Assembly (NCBI GenBank): GCA_963747625.1
Contig: CAVVGP010000065.1
Coordinates: 3,311-67,310, forward strand
Direction of reading: 5' to 3'
Source of the DNA: an uncultured Bacteroidales bacterium
GTDB lineage: Bacteria > Bacteroidota > Bacteroidia > Bacteroidales > VadinHA17
Length of the DNA stretch: 64,000 nt
The translations under genes were made by a program, and so were the position numbers. Of this stretch, positions 53,190 through 61,722 are shown piece by piece. Below the pieces are notes generated by a model. That model saw nothing but the letters and a program-made list of their open reading frames with translations, was not told the DNA's origin and did not search any database. Position 1 is the stretch's first letter. Each line of letters begins with the position of its first letter.

Positions 53190-54748
53190 ATGAGTTCATC
53201 TTTACTTAGAAGAATCCGCATTGTTTTTTCGACTCTTGTTTTTATTTATTTTGTACTGGTTTTTGTTGATTTCAAATCAATAATACCTGAAAAATACATT
53301 AACGATTTAATTTTTTTACAGTTTATACCTTCTGTCCTGAAGTTTTATAATCTGAAAACATTGGCAGCAGGAGGTTTTCTTATAATTCTTTTATTGACAT
53401 TGCTTACCGGTCGTACTTATTGCTCATTTCTTTGCCCTCTTGGTATCGGTCAGGATCTTAACAGCAGGATAGGAGGACGGATTAAGAAAAAGTTCAGGAG
53501 GTACGGATATAAAAGGCCGTTTACCGTTTTAAGGTACACTATTCTGGCAGCTACTCTTATTGTTACATTGGTGTGGGGTATTTACATGATAACCATTCTG
53601 GACCCATATAGTATTTTTGCCAGGTTTATGACCTATTTTGCAAAGCCGGTTATAATAATGATGAATAATTTTCTTGCAGGAATACTTGGGAAATTTGATA
53701 TCTATACACTTAGTAATGTTCCAGTTAAGGGATTTTCACTTATTGCCTATTCTATTCCGGCAGCTTTCTTTATTCTTATAGGGGCACAGTCCTTAACCAA
53801 GGGGAGATTATATTGCAATATGATCTGCCCAGTTGGTACATTTCTTGGTCTGATCTCGAAAATTTCGATCTTCCGGATAAAATTTAATGAGTCTGCCTGT
53901 ACACGTTGCGGAAGATGCGCAATAAGGTGCAAATCATCATGTATTGACTTTCTTAAGCCACATGTCGATCTTTCACGATGCGTAAGCTGCTTCAACTGCA
54001 TACATACCTGTCAGGATAAAGCCATTTCTTTCGGGATTGTGAGCTTTAAAAAGAAAGTTCATGAGACAGATGAAAGTAAACGTAAAGCTTATAGTGGGAT
54101 CACTTCTTCTCTTATTCGGCTTTTCACGTGTTTCAGATGGTCAGGATAAGACTGCACCAAAACCTAAGAAAGGATCAACGGTAAAGGAGAACCGGACATG
54201 TCCGGTATGTCCTCCCGGTGGGATAGGAATTGAAGATTTTAACAAAAACTGTACTGCCTGTTCACTATGTATAAATGCCTGCCCGAATGGCGTTCTGGAA
54301 CCTGCATACACACAATATGGGATTGCTGGCATGATGCAGCCGGTTATGGATTACCATAAGAGCTTCTGTACATATAATTGCACCAGATGTACTGAGATTT
54401 GTCCGACCAACGCATTGCATCCTCTGCTTCTGGAAGCTAAGAAGCTTACACAGATCGGGAAAGCAAATTCATAAAAGATAATTGTATTGTAAAACCGAAA
54501 AAACAGCATGCGGCGCCTGTTCAGAAGCCTGTCCGACAAAAGCATGCCATATGATTCCATACGAAGGGAACCTGGTAATCCCTGAGGTTACAGAAGATAT
54601 CTGTATCGGATGCGGACACTGTGAATTTGCCTGTCCAGCTTCCCCTTATAAAGCAATTTTTGTGGATGGAAATACTGTACATACTGCCGCAAAAAAACCG
54701 GAAAATGTGAAATCAGAAACAAAAACGCCGGTAGAATTTCCATTTTAA
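53190..54748 (+). pseudogene. Membrane-bound polyferredoxin (NapH/MauN/YccM-type 4Fe-4S binding protein), at least 2 frameshifts
   Basis: The N-terminus is multi-TM with GRTYCSFLCPLG and GRLYCNMICPVG motifs. Fe-S motifs are CTRCGRCAIRC, CVSCFNCIHTC, CTACSLCINACP, CTRCTEICP, CGACSEACP and CIGCGHCEFACP. Pieces 53190..54149, 54061..54474 and 54482..54748 are colinear. Confidence 0.75.
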
Positions 54749-54794
54749 ATTAATATTTTGATAACCACCCCTAAAAATAATTTATTCTGATACA

Positions 54795-55214
54795 ATGAAA
54801 CCATCACATATTGAACATATTGGTATAGCTGTCTCAAATCTTGAGGATGCGATAAATTTTTATGAAAATGTACTGGGTCTGGAATGTTATAATATTGAAG
54901 ATATAGCCGATCAGAAAGTCCGGACAGCATTCTTTCTGATCGGACAAACAAAAATTGAACTTCTGGAATCAACTGATCCTGATGGTCCCATTGGAAAATT
55001 CATTCAGAAGAAAGGAGAAGGAATTCATCATATTGCCTTTTCAGTTGAAAAAATTGAAGAACAATTAGTGCATGCTTCAAATATGGGCATCACACTTATT
55101 GATTGTAAACCGCGAAAAGGAGCAGAAGGTCTCGATATTGCCTTTTTACATCCAAAAGCCACTTCAGGGGTTCTTATTGAACTGTGCGAAAAAAAGAAAG
55201 AGACAATAAAATGA
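54795..55214 (+). CDS. mce: Methylmalonyl-CoA epimerase (glyoxalase/VOC fold)
   Basis: Intact 139-aa ORF. IEHIGIAVSNLEDAINFYENVLG ... GEGIHHIAFSVEKIEE ... IAFLHPKATSGVLIELCE is typical of MCE. Confidence 0.8.
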   Translation: MKPSHIEHIGIAVSNLEDAINFYENVLGLECYNIEDIADQKVRTAFFLIGQTKIELLESTDPDGPIGKFIQKKGEGIHHIAFSVEKIEEQLVHASNMGITLIDCKPRKGAEGLDIAFLHPKATSGVLIELCEKKKETIK

Positions 55215-55287
55215 TCTGAATCACTTAACTGGCTAATGGTGTACATGTTTGAAAAAATTATTAGGTTTGTATAACATTAGAAGCCAT

Positions 55288-56517
55288 ATGAAAAAATCCA
55301 TAGCAATTGCAGGTAATACTGGTCCAAAGATCAGGTCTGATTGTGAAATTATTTTAGAAATAAAGCCTGAAGGCGGATTAGCAATTAACATTAATTCTAA
55401 AGTCAGGGCATTATATGGTGAATCCATAAAGAATCTTATTGCTGAAATACTTGTTTTTTTTGAAATTAAACATGCTGCAGTAAAAATTACCGACTCAGGA
55501 GCTCTTCCATTTGTGATTGCTGCCAGGATGGAATCGGCTGTCAAACAATTGATTAATACGGATATGGAATATCTCCCTGAGTTTCTTGCAGAGAATAGTT
55601 ATTCCACAACACGTGACAGGTTCCGGTTCTCAAGGCTATACCTGCCAGGTAATACTCCGGGACTTATGATCAATGCGGGTCTTCATTCTGCCGATGGAAT
55701 AATTCTTGATCTTGAAGACTCTGTTGCACCGGAAAAGAAAGATGAAGCCAGGATTCTGGTAAGGAATGCTTTAAGGCAGGTCAATTTCAATGGGGCAGAA
55801 AGAATGGTAAGAATAAACCAGGGTGAAAGAGGTTTGAAAGATCTTCATTTTGTTATTCCTCATTATGTAAATCTTGTACTTCTGTCAAAATGCGAAAATG
55901 CAGATTATGTCCGGGCAGTGGAAAAAGAGATTGCAGGTATTAAACATAAATTCAACCTCAGCAATGAAGTGTTTCTGATGCCTATTATTGAGAGCGCCCT
56001 TGGCATTGAGAATTCTTTTGAAATAGTAAGTGGTTCTGAAAATATAGTTGCTGTCGCTATTGGTCTTGAGGATTATACAGCTGATCTTGGTGTTTCAAGA
56101 ACCGTTGAGGGGAAAGAATCATTTTATGCCAGAACGCGACTTGTGGTTGCTGCCAGGGCAGCCGGTATCCAGCCTATAGATTCCGTATTTTCTGATACTT
56201 CTGATATGGAATCTTTAAAGGAGACTGTGATGGTATCAAAATCGCTGGGTTTTGAAGGAATGGGTTGTATACATCCCAGACAGATACCTGTTATAAAAAA
56301 GGGATTTGCTCCTGATGAAAATGAAATAGAGAAGTCTAAAAAAATCGTACTCGCATTTGAAACAGCAAAGCTTAATGGGCTTGGTGTTGTTGCACTCGGT
56401 TCAAAAATGGTTGATCCTCCCGTTGTGGCCCGTGCACAAAAGAACATTGACCTTGCTGTCAGGCTGGGCCTCTTACCACATGACTGGAATAATGAATTTC
56501 AGTCGGATGAGAAATAA
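55288..56517 (+). CDS. citE: Citrate lyase acyl-carrier (gamma, CitD) fused to citryl-CoA lyase (beta, CitE)
   Basis: The N-terminal ~90 aa, SIAIAGNTGPKIRSDCEIILEIKPEGGLAININSKVRALYGESIKNLIAEIL...DSGALPFVIAARMESAV, aligns by eye with enterobacterial CitD (AGTLESGD...INSSV...DKGALD...RARLE). The remainder is HpcH/CitE-like (RSRLYLPGN..., LDLEDSVAP, EDYTADLG). I chose the start at the internal ATG 55288. Confidence 0.8.
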   Translation: MKKSIAIAGNTGPKIRSDCEIILEIKPEGGLAININSKVRALYGESIKNLIAEILVFFEIKHAAVKITDSGALPFVIAARMESAVKQLINTDMEYLPEFLAENSYSTTRDRFRFSRLYLPGNTPGLMINAGLHSADGIILDLEDSVAPEKKDEARILVRNALRQVNFNGAERMVRINQGERGLKDLHFVIPHYVNLVLLSKCENADYVRAVEKEIAGIKHKFNLSNEVFLMPIIESALGIENSFEIVSGSENIVAVAIGLEDYTADLGVSRTVEGKESFYARTRLVVAARAAGIQPIDSVFSDTSDMESLKETVMVSKSLGFEGMGCIHPRQIPVIKKGFAPDENEIEKSKKIVLAFETAKLNGLGVVALGSKMVDPPVVARAQKNIDLAVRLGLLPHDWNNEFQSDEK

Positions 56518-56534
56518 GTATAAAAAGAGTCAAT

Positions 56535-58094
56535 ATGCCAATGAAAACTGTAATAAATGCTGCTGGCAGGTCAGTTCCACTTGAGGTCAACGGACAATCA
56601 CAGATCCCTTTTAAAGGAGTTGGTAAATATAGGCCCGACGGCAGAAAGTATTCCCCTCCAATACCGTCATGTTCAGATTACCCCGACGATGGCAATAAAG
56701 TTGCAGGTTCTCTTGAGGAAGCTCTGCGGAAATGCGGCCTTCGGGATGGAATGACCATTTCGACACATCATCATCTGAGAGATGGCGATCTGATAAGCAA
56801 TAAGGTATTTGAACTGGCTTCAGCGATGGGAGTTAAGGATCTGGTATGGTTTCCCTCTGCTTCATTCCCATGTAATGATCCTATCATAGAATATCTTGAA
56901 AATGGAACTATAAACAGGATTGAAGGAAGTATGAATGGTCCTTTGGGACGATATGTTTCGGAAGGCAGGATGAAAGGAACTGCTGTACTTAGATCTCATG
57001 GCGGGAGGGTACAGGCTATTCAGGATGGCGAGGTCAGAATTGACATTGCAGTTCTGGCAGCTCCTACAGCTGATTCTTTTGGAAATGCAAAAGGCACTGG
57101 AGGATCATCAGCCTGTGGCGTTCTTGGATATGCAAAAGCTGATTACATGTACGCCTCAAAAGTAATTGTGGTCACTGATAACCTTGTGGATCTACCTTGC
57201 TTCCCGATGGAGATAGAAGGAAACTATGTTGATTGGGTGGTGGTGGTTGAAAAAATTGGAATACCTGAAAAGATTGTATCAGGTACAACACAGATTACAA
57301 AGAGCCCCGACAGATTGCTGATTGCAGAATTGACTGCATCATTTCTTGAAAAATCGGGTATTTTAAAAGATGGCGTTACGATGCAGGCTGGAGCCGGAGG
57401 AACTTCTCTGGCAATAGCAGTCTTTGTTCACGAGATACTGAAGAATAAAGGATGGAAATCGAAATTTGGATTTGGAGGAAGTACCAAATATATGGTAAAG
57501 ATGCTCGAAGAGGGTCAGATGGGCTTTATCCTCGATGCCCAGGTATTCGATCTTGATTCAGTGAAATCCATAGAGAATAATCCAAATCATGTTCCTTATT
57601 CAGTTTTCAATGCATACAATTATCATTCGAAGGGAAACCTTACCAGTATAATGGATATTATGATCCTTGGAGCAACTGAAGTTGATTTGAATTTCAATGG
57701 CAACGTAGTTACACATTCAGATGGATATCTGCTTCATGGCATAGGAGGATGGCAAAACTGCCTTCATGCCAGGAATGTAATTCTTCCAATACCTCTGTTT
57801 CGTGACCGTATACCGGTAATAGTGGATAAAGTCACAACATTGTGTGGCCCAGGTGAACTTATTGATGTAATAATAACAGAAAGAGGCATTGCTATTAATC
57901 CTCTGAGGCAGGATCTTATTGAAAGTGTAAAAGGAAGCGGACTTCCATTAAAAACACTCCGTGAGCTCAAGGATGAAGCTGAAAAAATTTGCGGAGTGCC
58001 GCAAAAAGCTCAGTTTGAGGATGAGATTGTTGCTGTTATAAAATGGGTTGATGGTACAGTTATTGATGTTGTAAGAAAAATCAAAGTGAAGTAA
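56535..58094 (+). CDS. citF: Citrate lyase alpha subunit (citrate CoA-transferase)
   Basis: Intact 519-aa ORF. Its size and sequence ([11 protein letters not shown]..., [20 protein letters not shown]) are typical of CitF. Confidence 0.85.
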   Translation: MPMKTVINAAGRSVPLEVNGQSQIPFKGVGKYRPDGRKYSPPIPSCSDYPDDGNKVAGSLEEALRKCGLRDGMTISTHHHLRDGDLISNKVFELASAMGVKDLVWFPSASFPCNDPIIEYLENGTINRIEGSMNGPLGRYVSEGRMKGTAVLRSHGGRVQAIQDGEVRIDIAVLAAPTADSFGNAKGTGGSSACGVLGYAKADYMYASKVIVVTDNLVDLPCFPMEIEGNYVDWVVVVEKIGIPEKIVSGTTQITKSPDRLLIAELTASFLEKSGILKDGVTMQAGAGGTSLAIAVFVHEILKNKGWKSKFGFGGSTKYMVKMLEEGQMGFILDAQVFDLDSVKSIENNPNHVPYSVFNAYNYHSKGNLTSIMDIMILGATEVDLNFNGNVVTHSDGYLLHGIGGWQNCLHARNVILPIPLFRDRIPVIVDKVTTLCGPGELIDVIITERGIAINPLRQDLIESVKGSGLPLKTLRELKDEAEKICGVPQKAQFEDEIVAVIKWVDGTVIDVVRKIKVK

Positions 58095-58102
58095 TTATCA
58101 CT

Positions 58103-58264
58103 ATGGAAAAATACAAATGCGTCATTTGTGGATATATTTATGACCCTCAGGAAGGAGATTCATCGGGTGGAATTGAGCCCGGCATATCTTTTAACGACCT
58201 GCCTGCTGATTATATCTGTCCGGTTTGCGGAGCAGGTAAAGATGAATTCCTTAAATATGAGTAG
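58103..58264 (+). CDS. Rubredoxin (53 aa), not present in the supplied ORF track
   Basis: [53 protein letters not shown] has two CxxCG knuckles with canonical spacing. ATG is at 58103 and TAG at 58262-64. Confidence 0.9.
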   Translation: MEKYKCVICGYIYDPQEGDSSGGIEPGISFNDLPADYICPVCGAGKDEFLKYE

Positions 58265-58265
58265 T

Positions 58266-58284
58266 GGGAGAATATTCGACTCCC
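58266..58284. terminator. Weak hairpin between the convergent rubredoxin and pepD genes
   Basis: GGGAG(58266-70) and CTCCC(58280-84) form a 5-bp stem with a 9-nt loop, flanked by A/T-rich sequence on both sides. Confidence 0.3.
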
Positions 58285-58300
58285 GAATTAAAAATACTTA

Positions 58301-59761
58301 CTATTTGACCGGCATGTTCCTGACCACATCAATGAGAAGGTCCCAGAACATCTTAGCTGTCTTTATTTCAATCATCTCCTCAGGAGTATGGGCTCCTCTG
58401 ATTGTAGGTCCAAAAGATATCATATCAATACCTTTTATTTTTTCGTATACCAGGCCACATTCAAGTCCGGCATGAATTGCCCTGACGGAAGGTTCTTTCC
58501 CGAATAATTTTACATATGACTGTCGTGTAATCTTCAGTATTTCCGAAGCCAGACTTGGTTTCCAACCTGGGTATCCTTCAGAGTGCACTACTTCTGCTCC
58601 GGCCAGCCGCAGGCATGATTCAACCATTGAACCTGCATTATTCTTTGCTGACTCAACTGAGCTTCTCTGGGTGGTAATTATTCTGATTGTGAAATTTTCG
58701 CTGAATTTTGCTGAAGCAAGGTTAGTAGATGTCTCAACCAGGTTATCCATTTCCTGTGACCATGCAATTACTCCATGCGGACAGCAGGTTAGTGCATTGA
58801 GGAACCTGTTTTGACTCTCTTTGTCCATAACATATGCAGGAATTTCAGTTTCCCTGGCATAAATCTTAAGATCCTTTTCGAGCTCTCCAAATTCATCTGC
58901 CTGAGTAGAATAGAAATTGTCTATCCATACTTTTACCTGCTCAAGTTGTGATTTATCGAATACAATTTTGGAAAACGCTTCTCTAGGTATTGCATTCCTT
59001 AAATTTCCTCCGTTAAAGTCAGCGACAGATATTTTAAATTGATTTGATAAATTCCATAGCAGCCTGTTCATTATTTTGACAGCATTGCCAAATCCTTTAT
59101 GGATTTCATCGCCTGAGTGACCACCATGAAGACCCGTGACTGATAAATCAAGTGCCAATGAACCGTCAGGTACCTGTTCTGCTTTATAATTCATGGTCCC
59201 TATTGTATCCATACCTCCGGCACAGCCTATGAATAGAATTCCTTCATCTTCAGAGTCGAGGTTGATAAGTGTTCTGCCTGTGAAAAAATCTGGTTTAAGA
59301 TTAATAGCTCCTGTCATCCCTGATTCTTCATCGACTGTGAAGAGGCATTCTATTTTTCCTGCTTCAAGGTTTTCATCTGTAAGAATTGCCAGTTGCGATG
59401 CAATTCCAATTCCGTCATCAGCTCCTAGAGTGGTACCAGTAGCAGTAACCCATTCTCCGTTAACAGCTGGAATAATAGGATCAGTTGCCCAGTCATGCGG
59501 GTAATCAGCATTCTTTTCACCTACCATATCCATATGACTTTGAAGAACAACTGTTTTCCTGTTCTCCATTCCTTTGGTTGGAGGTTTGGTAATCAGTATG
59601 TTTCCAACTTCATCCTCTTTTGATTCAAGATTATTTTTCCTGGCGAACTCAATAAGATATTTTCTTATTTTTCCCTCATTCTTCGAAAGACGTGGAATCT
59701 TACAAATCTCTTCAAAGTAGATCCAGATTGGTGCTGGATTTAATTGACTTAAAATGCTCAT
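58301..59761 (-). CDS. pepD: Aminoacyl-histidine (Xaa-His) dipeptidase PepD, M20 family
   Basis: MSILSQLNPAPIWIYFEEICKIPRLSKNE..., HMDMV, GADDGIG and TVDEESGMTGA are M20C motifs. I chose the start at ATG 59759-61, not the upstream TTG. Confidence 0.85.
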   Translation of the reverse strand: MSILSQLNPAPIWIYFEEICKIPRLSKNEGKIRKYLIEFARKNNLESKEDEVGNILITKPPTKGMENRKTVVLQSHMDMVGEKNADYPHDWATDPIIPAVNGEWVTATGTTLGADDGIGIASQLAILTDENLEAGKIECLFTVDEESGMTGAINLKPDFFTGRTLINLDSEDEGILFIGCAGGMDTIGTMNYKAEQVPDGSLALDLSVTGLHGGHSGDEIHKGFGNAVKIMNRLLWNLSNQFKISVADFNGGNLRNAIPREAFSKIVFDKSQLEQVKVWIDNFYSTQADEFGELEKDLKIYARETEIPAYVMDKESQNRFLNALTCCPHGVIAWSQEMDNLVETSTNLASAKFSENFTIRIITTQRSSVESAKNNAGSMVESCLRLAGAEVVHSEGYPGWKPSLASEILKITRQSYVKLFGKEPSVRAIHAGLECGLVYEKIKGIDMISFGPTIRGAHTPEEMIEIKTAKMFWDLLIDVVRNMPVK

Positions 59762-59909
59762 GCCTTGAATTATAGTGCTGATTTGCCGCAAAAATACTAT
59801 TTTTTTTCATTTTTACACTATTACCTTAAAATTATAGTCGGATGGCAAGTCTGAAAAAATTTGATTATTTTTACGAATAACAAGCCGGGTTAATCTAAAA
59901 TAAAGTGGT

Positions 59910-61106
59910 ATGTCAAAACATACAATAGTTACCATGCCTGGAGACGGAATAGGTAAAGTTGTTCTTGAGCAGGCAATAAGAGTATTGGATGCAGCTGGAT
60001 TTGAAGCAGATTATATTCATGGTGATATCGGATGGGAATTCTGGCGAAAAGAAGGAAATCCTTTGCCGCAAAGAACCATCGATCTTATTGAAAAACATAA
60101 AATTGCCCTTTTTGGAGCTATTACATCAAAACCTATAGATGAGGCGAAAGCAGAACTTTCTCCTGAACTTCAGAATAAAGGTTTTACATATTCAAGTCCT
60201 ATCGTGGGTTTGAGGCAACTTTTTGATCTTGATATATGTGTTCGACCCTGCAAATCATATAAAGGAAACCCACTCAATTTCGTAAGGAGAGGTAAGGGAA
60301 ATACAATTGATGAACCTCTTATCGATGTTGTAATTTTCAGGCAGAATACTGAAGGTTTATATTCAGGTGTCGAATGGACTAATCCTCCGGTTAATGTTCA
60401 CCAGGCTTTTATGACTCATCCGAAATTTGTCAAAAACTTTGGTAAAGTCCCGGTGGATGAGCTTTCAATTTCCACAAGGATTTTCACCAGGAAAGCAACA
60501 TGCAGAATACTTAATGCAGCATTTGAACATGCAAAAAAAAATGGATATAACTCAGTCACTGTATGTGAGAAACCTAACGTTATAAGAGAGACCTCAGGAT
60601 TGATGTGGAGACTGGCTAAGGAAATACAGAAAAACTTTTTCCCCGGAATAAAGCTTCTTAATACGAATATTGATGCACAGATGATGTGGCTTACAAAAAA
60701 TCCGGAAGATTATGGCGTAATAGTTGCCGGAAACATGTTCGGTGATATAGCATCCGACGCTTTTGCAGGTCTTATTGGTGGATTAGGATTTGCCTGCAGC
60801 GCTCAGTTCTCAGCTGACGGGGTTGCAGTTTTTGAACCGACTCATGGATCAGCACCGAAATATGCCGGATATGAAGTTTCGATTGTGAACCCTGTTGCTA
60901 TGATTGAATCGGCCTGCATGATGCTTGATTACCTTGATGAGAAAAATAGTTCTTCTAAAATACGTAATGCGGTTGCTGCTGTTATTGAAGAGGGCAAGGT
61001 CAAAACATACGATATGATGAAGATGGCAGGCAGCCCTGAAGTTCTTAAAAATGGTGCCGCTTCAACAGTTCAGATGACAGATGCCATTATAGCCCGCTTA
61101 AAATAA
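59910..61106 (+). CDS. Isocitrate/isopropylmalate dehydrogenase-family enzyme (probable isocitrate dehydrogenase)
   Basis: Intact 398-aa ORF. The sequence TMPGDGIGKVV, then FRQNTEGLYSG, then NMFGDIASDAFAGLIGGLG, then FEPTHGSAPKYAG gives the family motifs. Substrate specificity cannot be read from the sequence alone. Confidence 0.8.
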   Translation: MSKHTIVTMPGDGIGKVVLEQAIRVLDAAGFEADYIHGDIGWEFWRKEGNPLPQRTIDLIEKHKIALFGAITSKPIDEAKAELSPELQNKGFTYSSPIVGLRQLFDLDICVRPCKSYKGNPLNFVRRGKGNTIDEPLIDVVIFRQNTEGLYSGVEWTNPPVNVHQAFMTHPKFVKNFGKVPVDELSISTRIFTRKATCRILNAAFEHAKKNGYNSVTVCEKPNVIRETSGLMWRLAKEIQKNFFPGIKLLNTNIDAQMMWLTKNPEDYGVIVAGNMFGDIASDAFAGLIGGLGFACSAQFSADGVAVFEPTHGSAPKYAGYEVSIVNPVAMIESACMMLDYLDEKNSSSKIRNAVAAVIEEGKVKTYDMMKMAGSPEVLKNGAASTVQMTDAIIARLK

Positions 61107-61120
61107 TTTATAATACTTGA

Positions 61121-61672
61121 ATGACAGACGAAGTTAAAAAACTTTGGCCGGAACTGGAATGGATTAAGGACCAGTCACTGAGGGAAAAAACCGCTAAAAC
61201 CTGGGAGATTGCACTTGAAAGGAGCATCCTTGGTTCCGAGGATCTTGAAAAAATACCTTTCACGCTTTTATGCGGCCCTGATCTTAGGGTAAGTTTCATG
61301 GCTCACAAGAGGTGTGTAGTACATATCGCAAAGGCAAGCGGTGAAAAGATGAATGAATTTTTTGGTTCTGACCTTCCCGTGAATATGGATGTGCTGATTT
61401 CGGGTGCAATCCTGGCTGATGTTGGTAAATTGCTTGAATATGAGCTTGATAAGGAGAAGAAAACCGTCCAGGGAAAATATGGCCAGCTTCTCCGGCATCC
61501 TTTTTCAGGAGTTGCCCTGGCAGAAGAGTGCGGAGTACCCCCTGAAGTCTGCCATATTATTGCAGCTCATGCAAATGAAGGCGACCTTGTAAAAAGAACC
61601 ACAGAGGCGTATATTGTTCATCATGCTGACTTTATGACATTCCTGCCATTCAAAAGCAGGTTAATAGTCTGA
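61121..61672 (+). CDS. HD-domain-like protein with a degenerate HD doublet (ADVGK)
   Basis: Intact 183-aa ORF. AHKRCVVHIA ... ISGAILADVGK ... HIIAAHANEGD follows the HD-phosphohydrolase layout, but Ala replaces the His of the HD pair. Confidence 0.5.
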   Translation: MTDEVKKLWPELEWIKDQSLREKTAKTWEIALERSILGSEDLEKIPFTLLCGPDLRVSFMAHKRCVVHIAKASGEKMNEFFGSDLPVNMDVLISGAILADVGKLLEYELDKEKKTVQGKYGQLLRHPFSGVALAEECGVPPEVCHIIAAHANEGDLVKRTTEAYIVHHADFMTFLPFKSRLIV

Positions 61673-61722
61673 ATAGAAGCAGATACATCAGCTCCCGGCA
61701 TGGCAAAGGATTTTAATGGCAT

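Noticed and set aside
58128-58475. A 115-aa track ORF spanning the citF-pepD gap
   Set aside because: It is in a different frame from the clear rubredoxin gene and otherwise antisense to the pepD 3' end.
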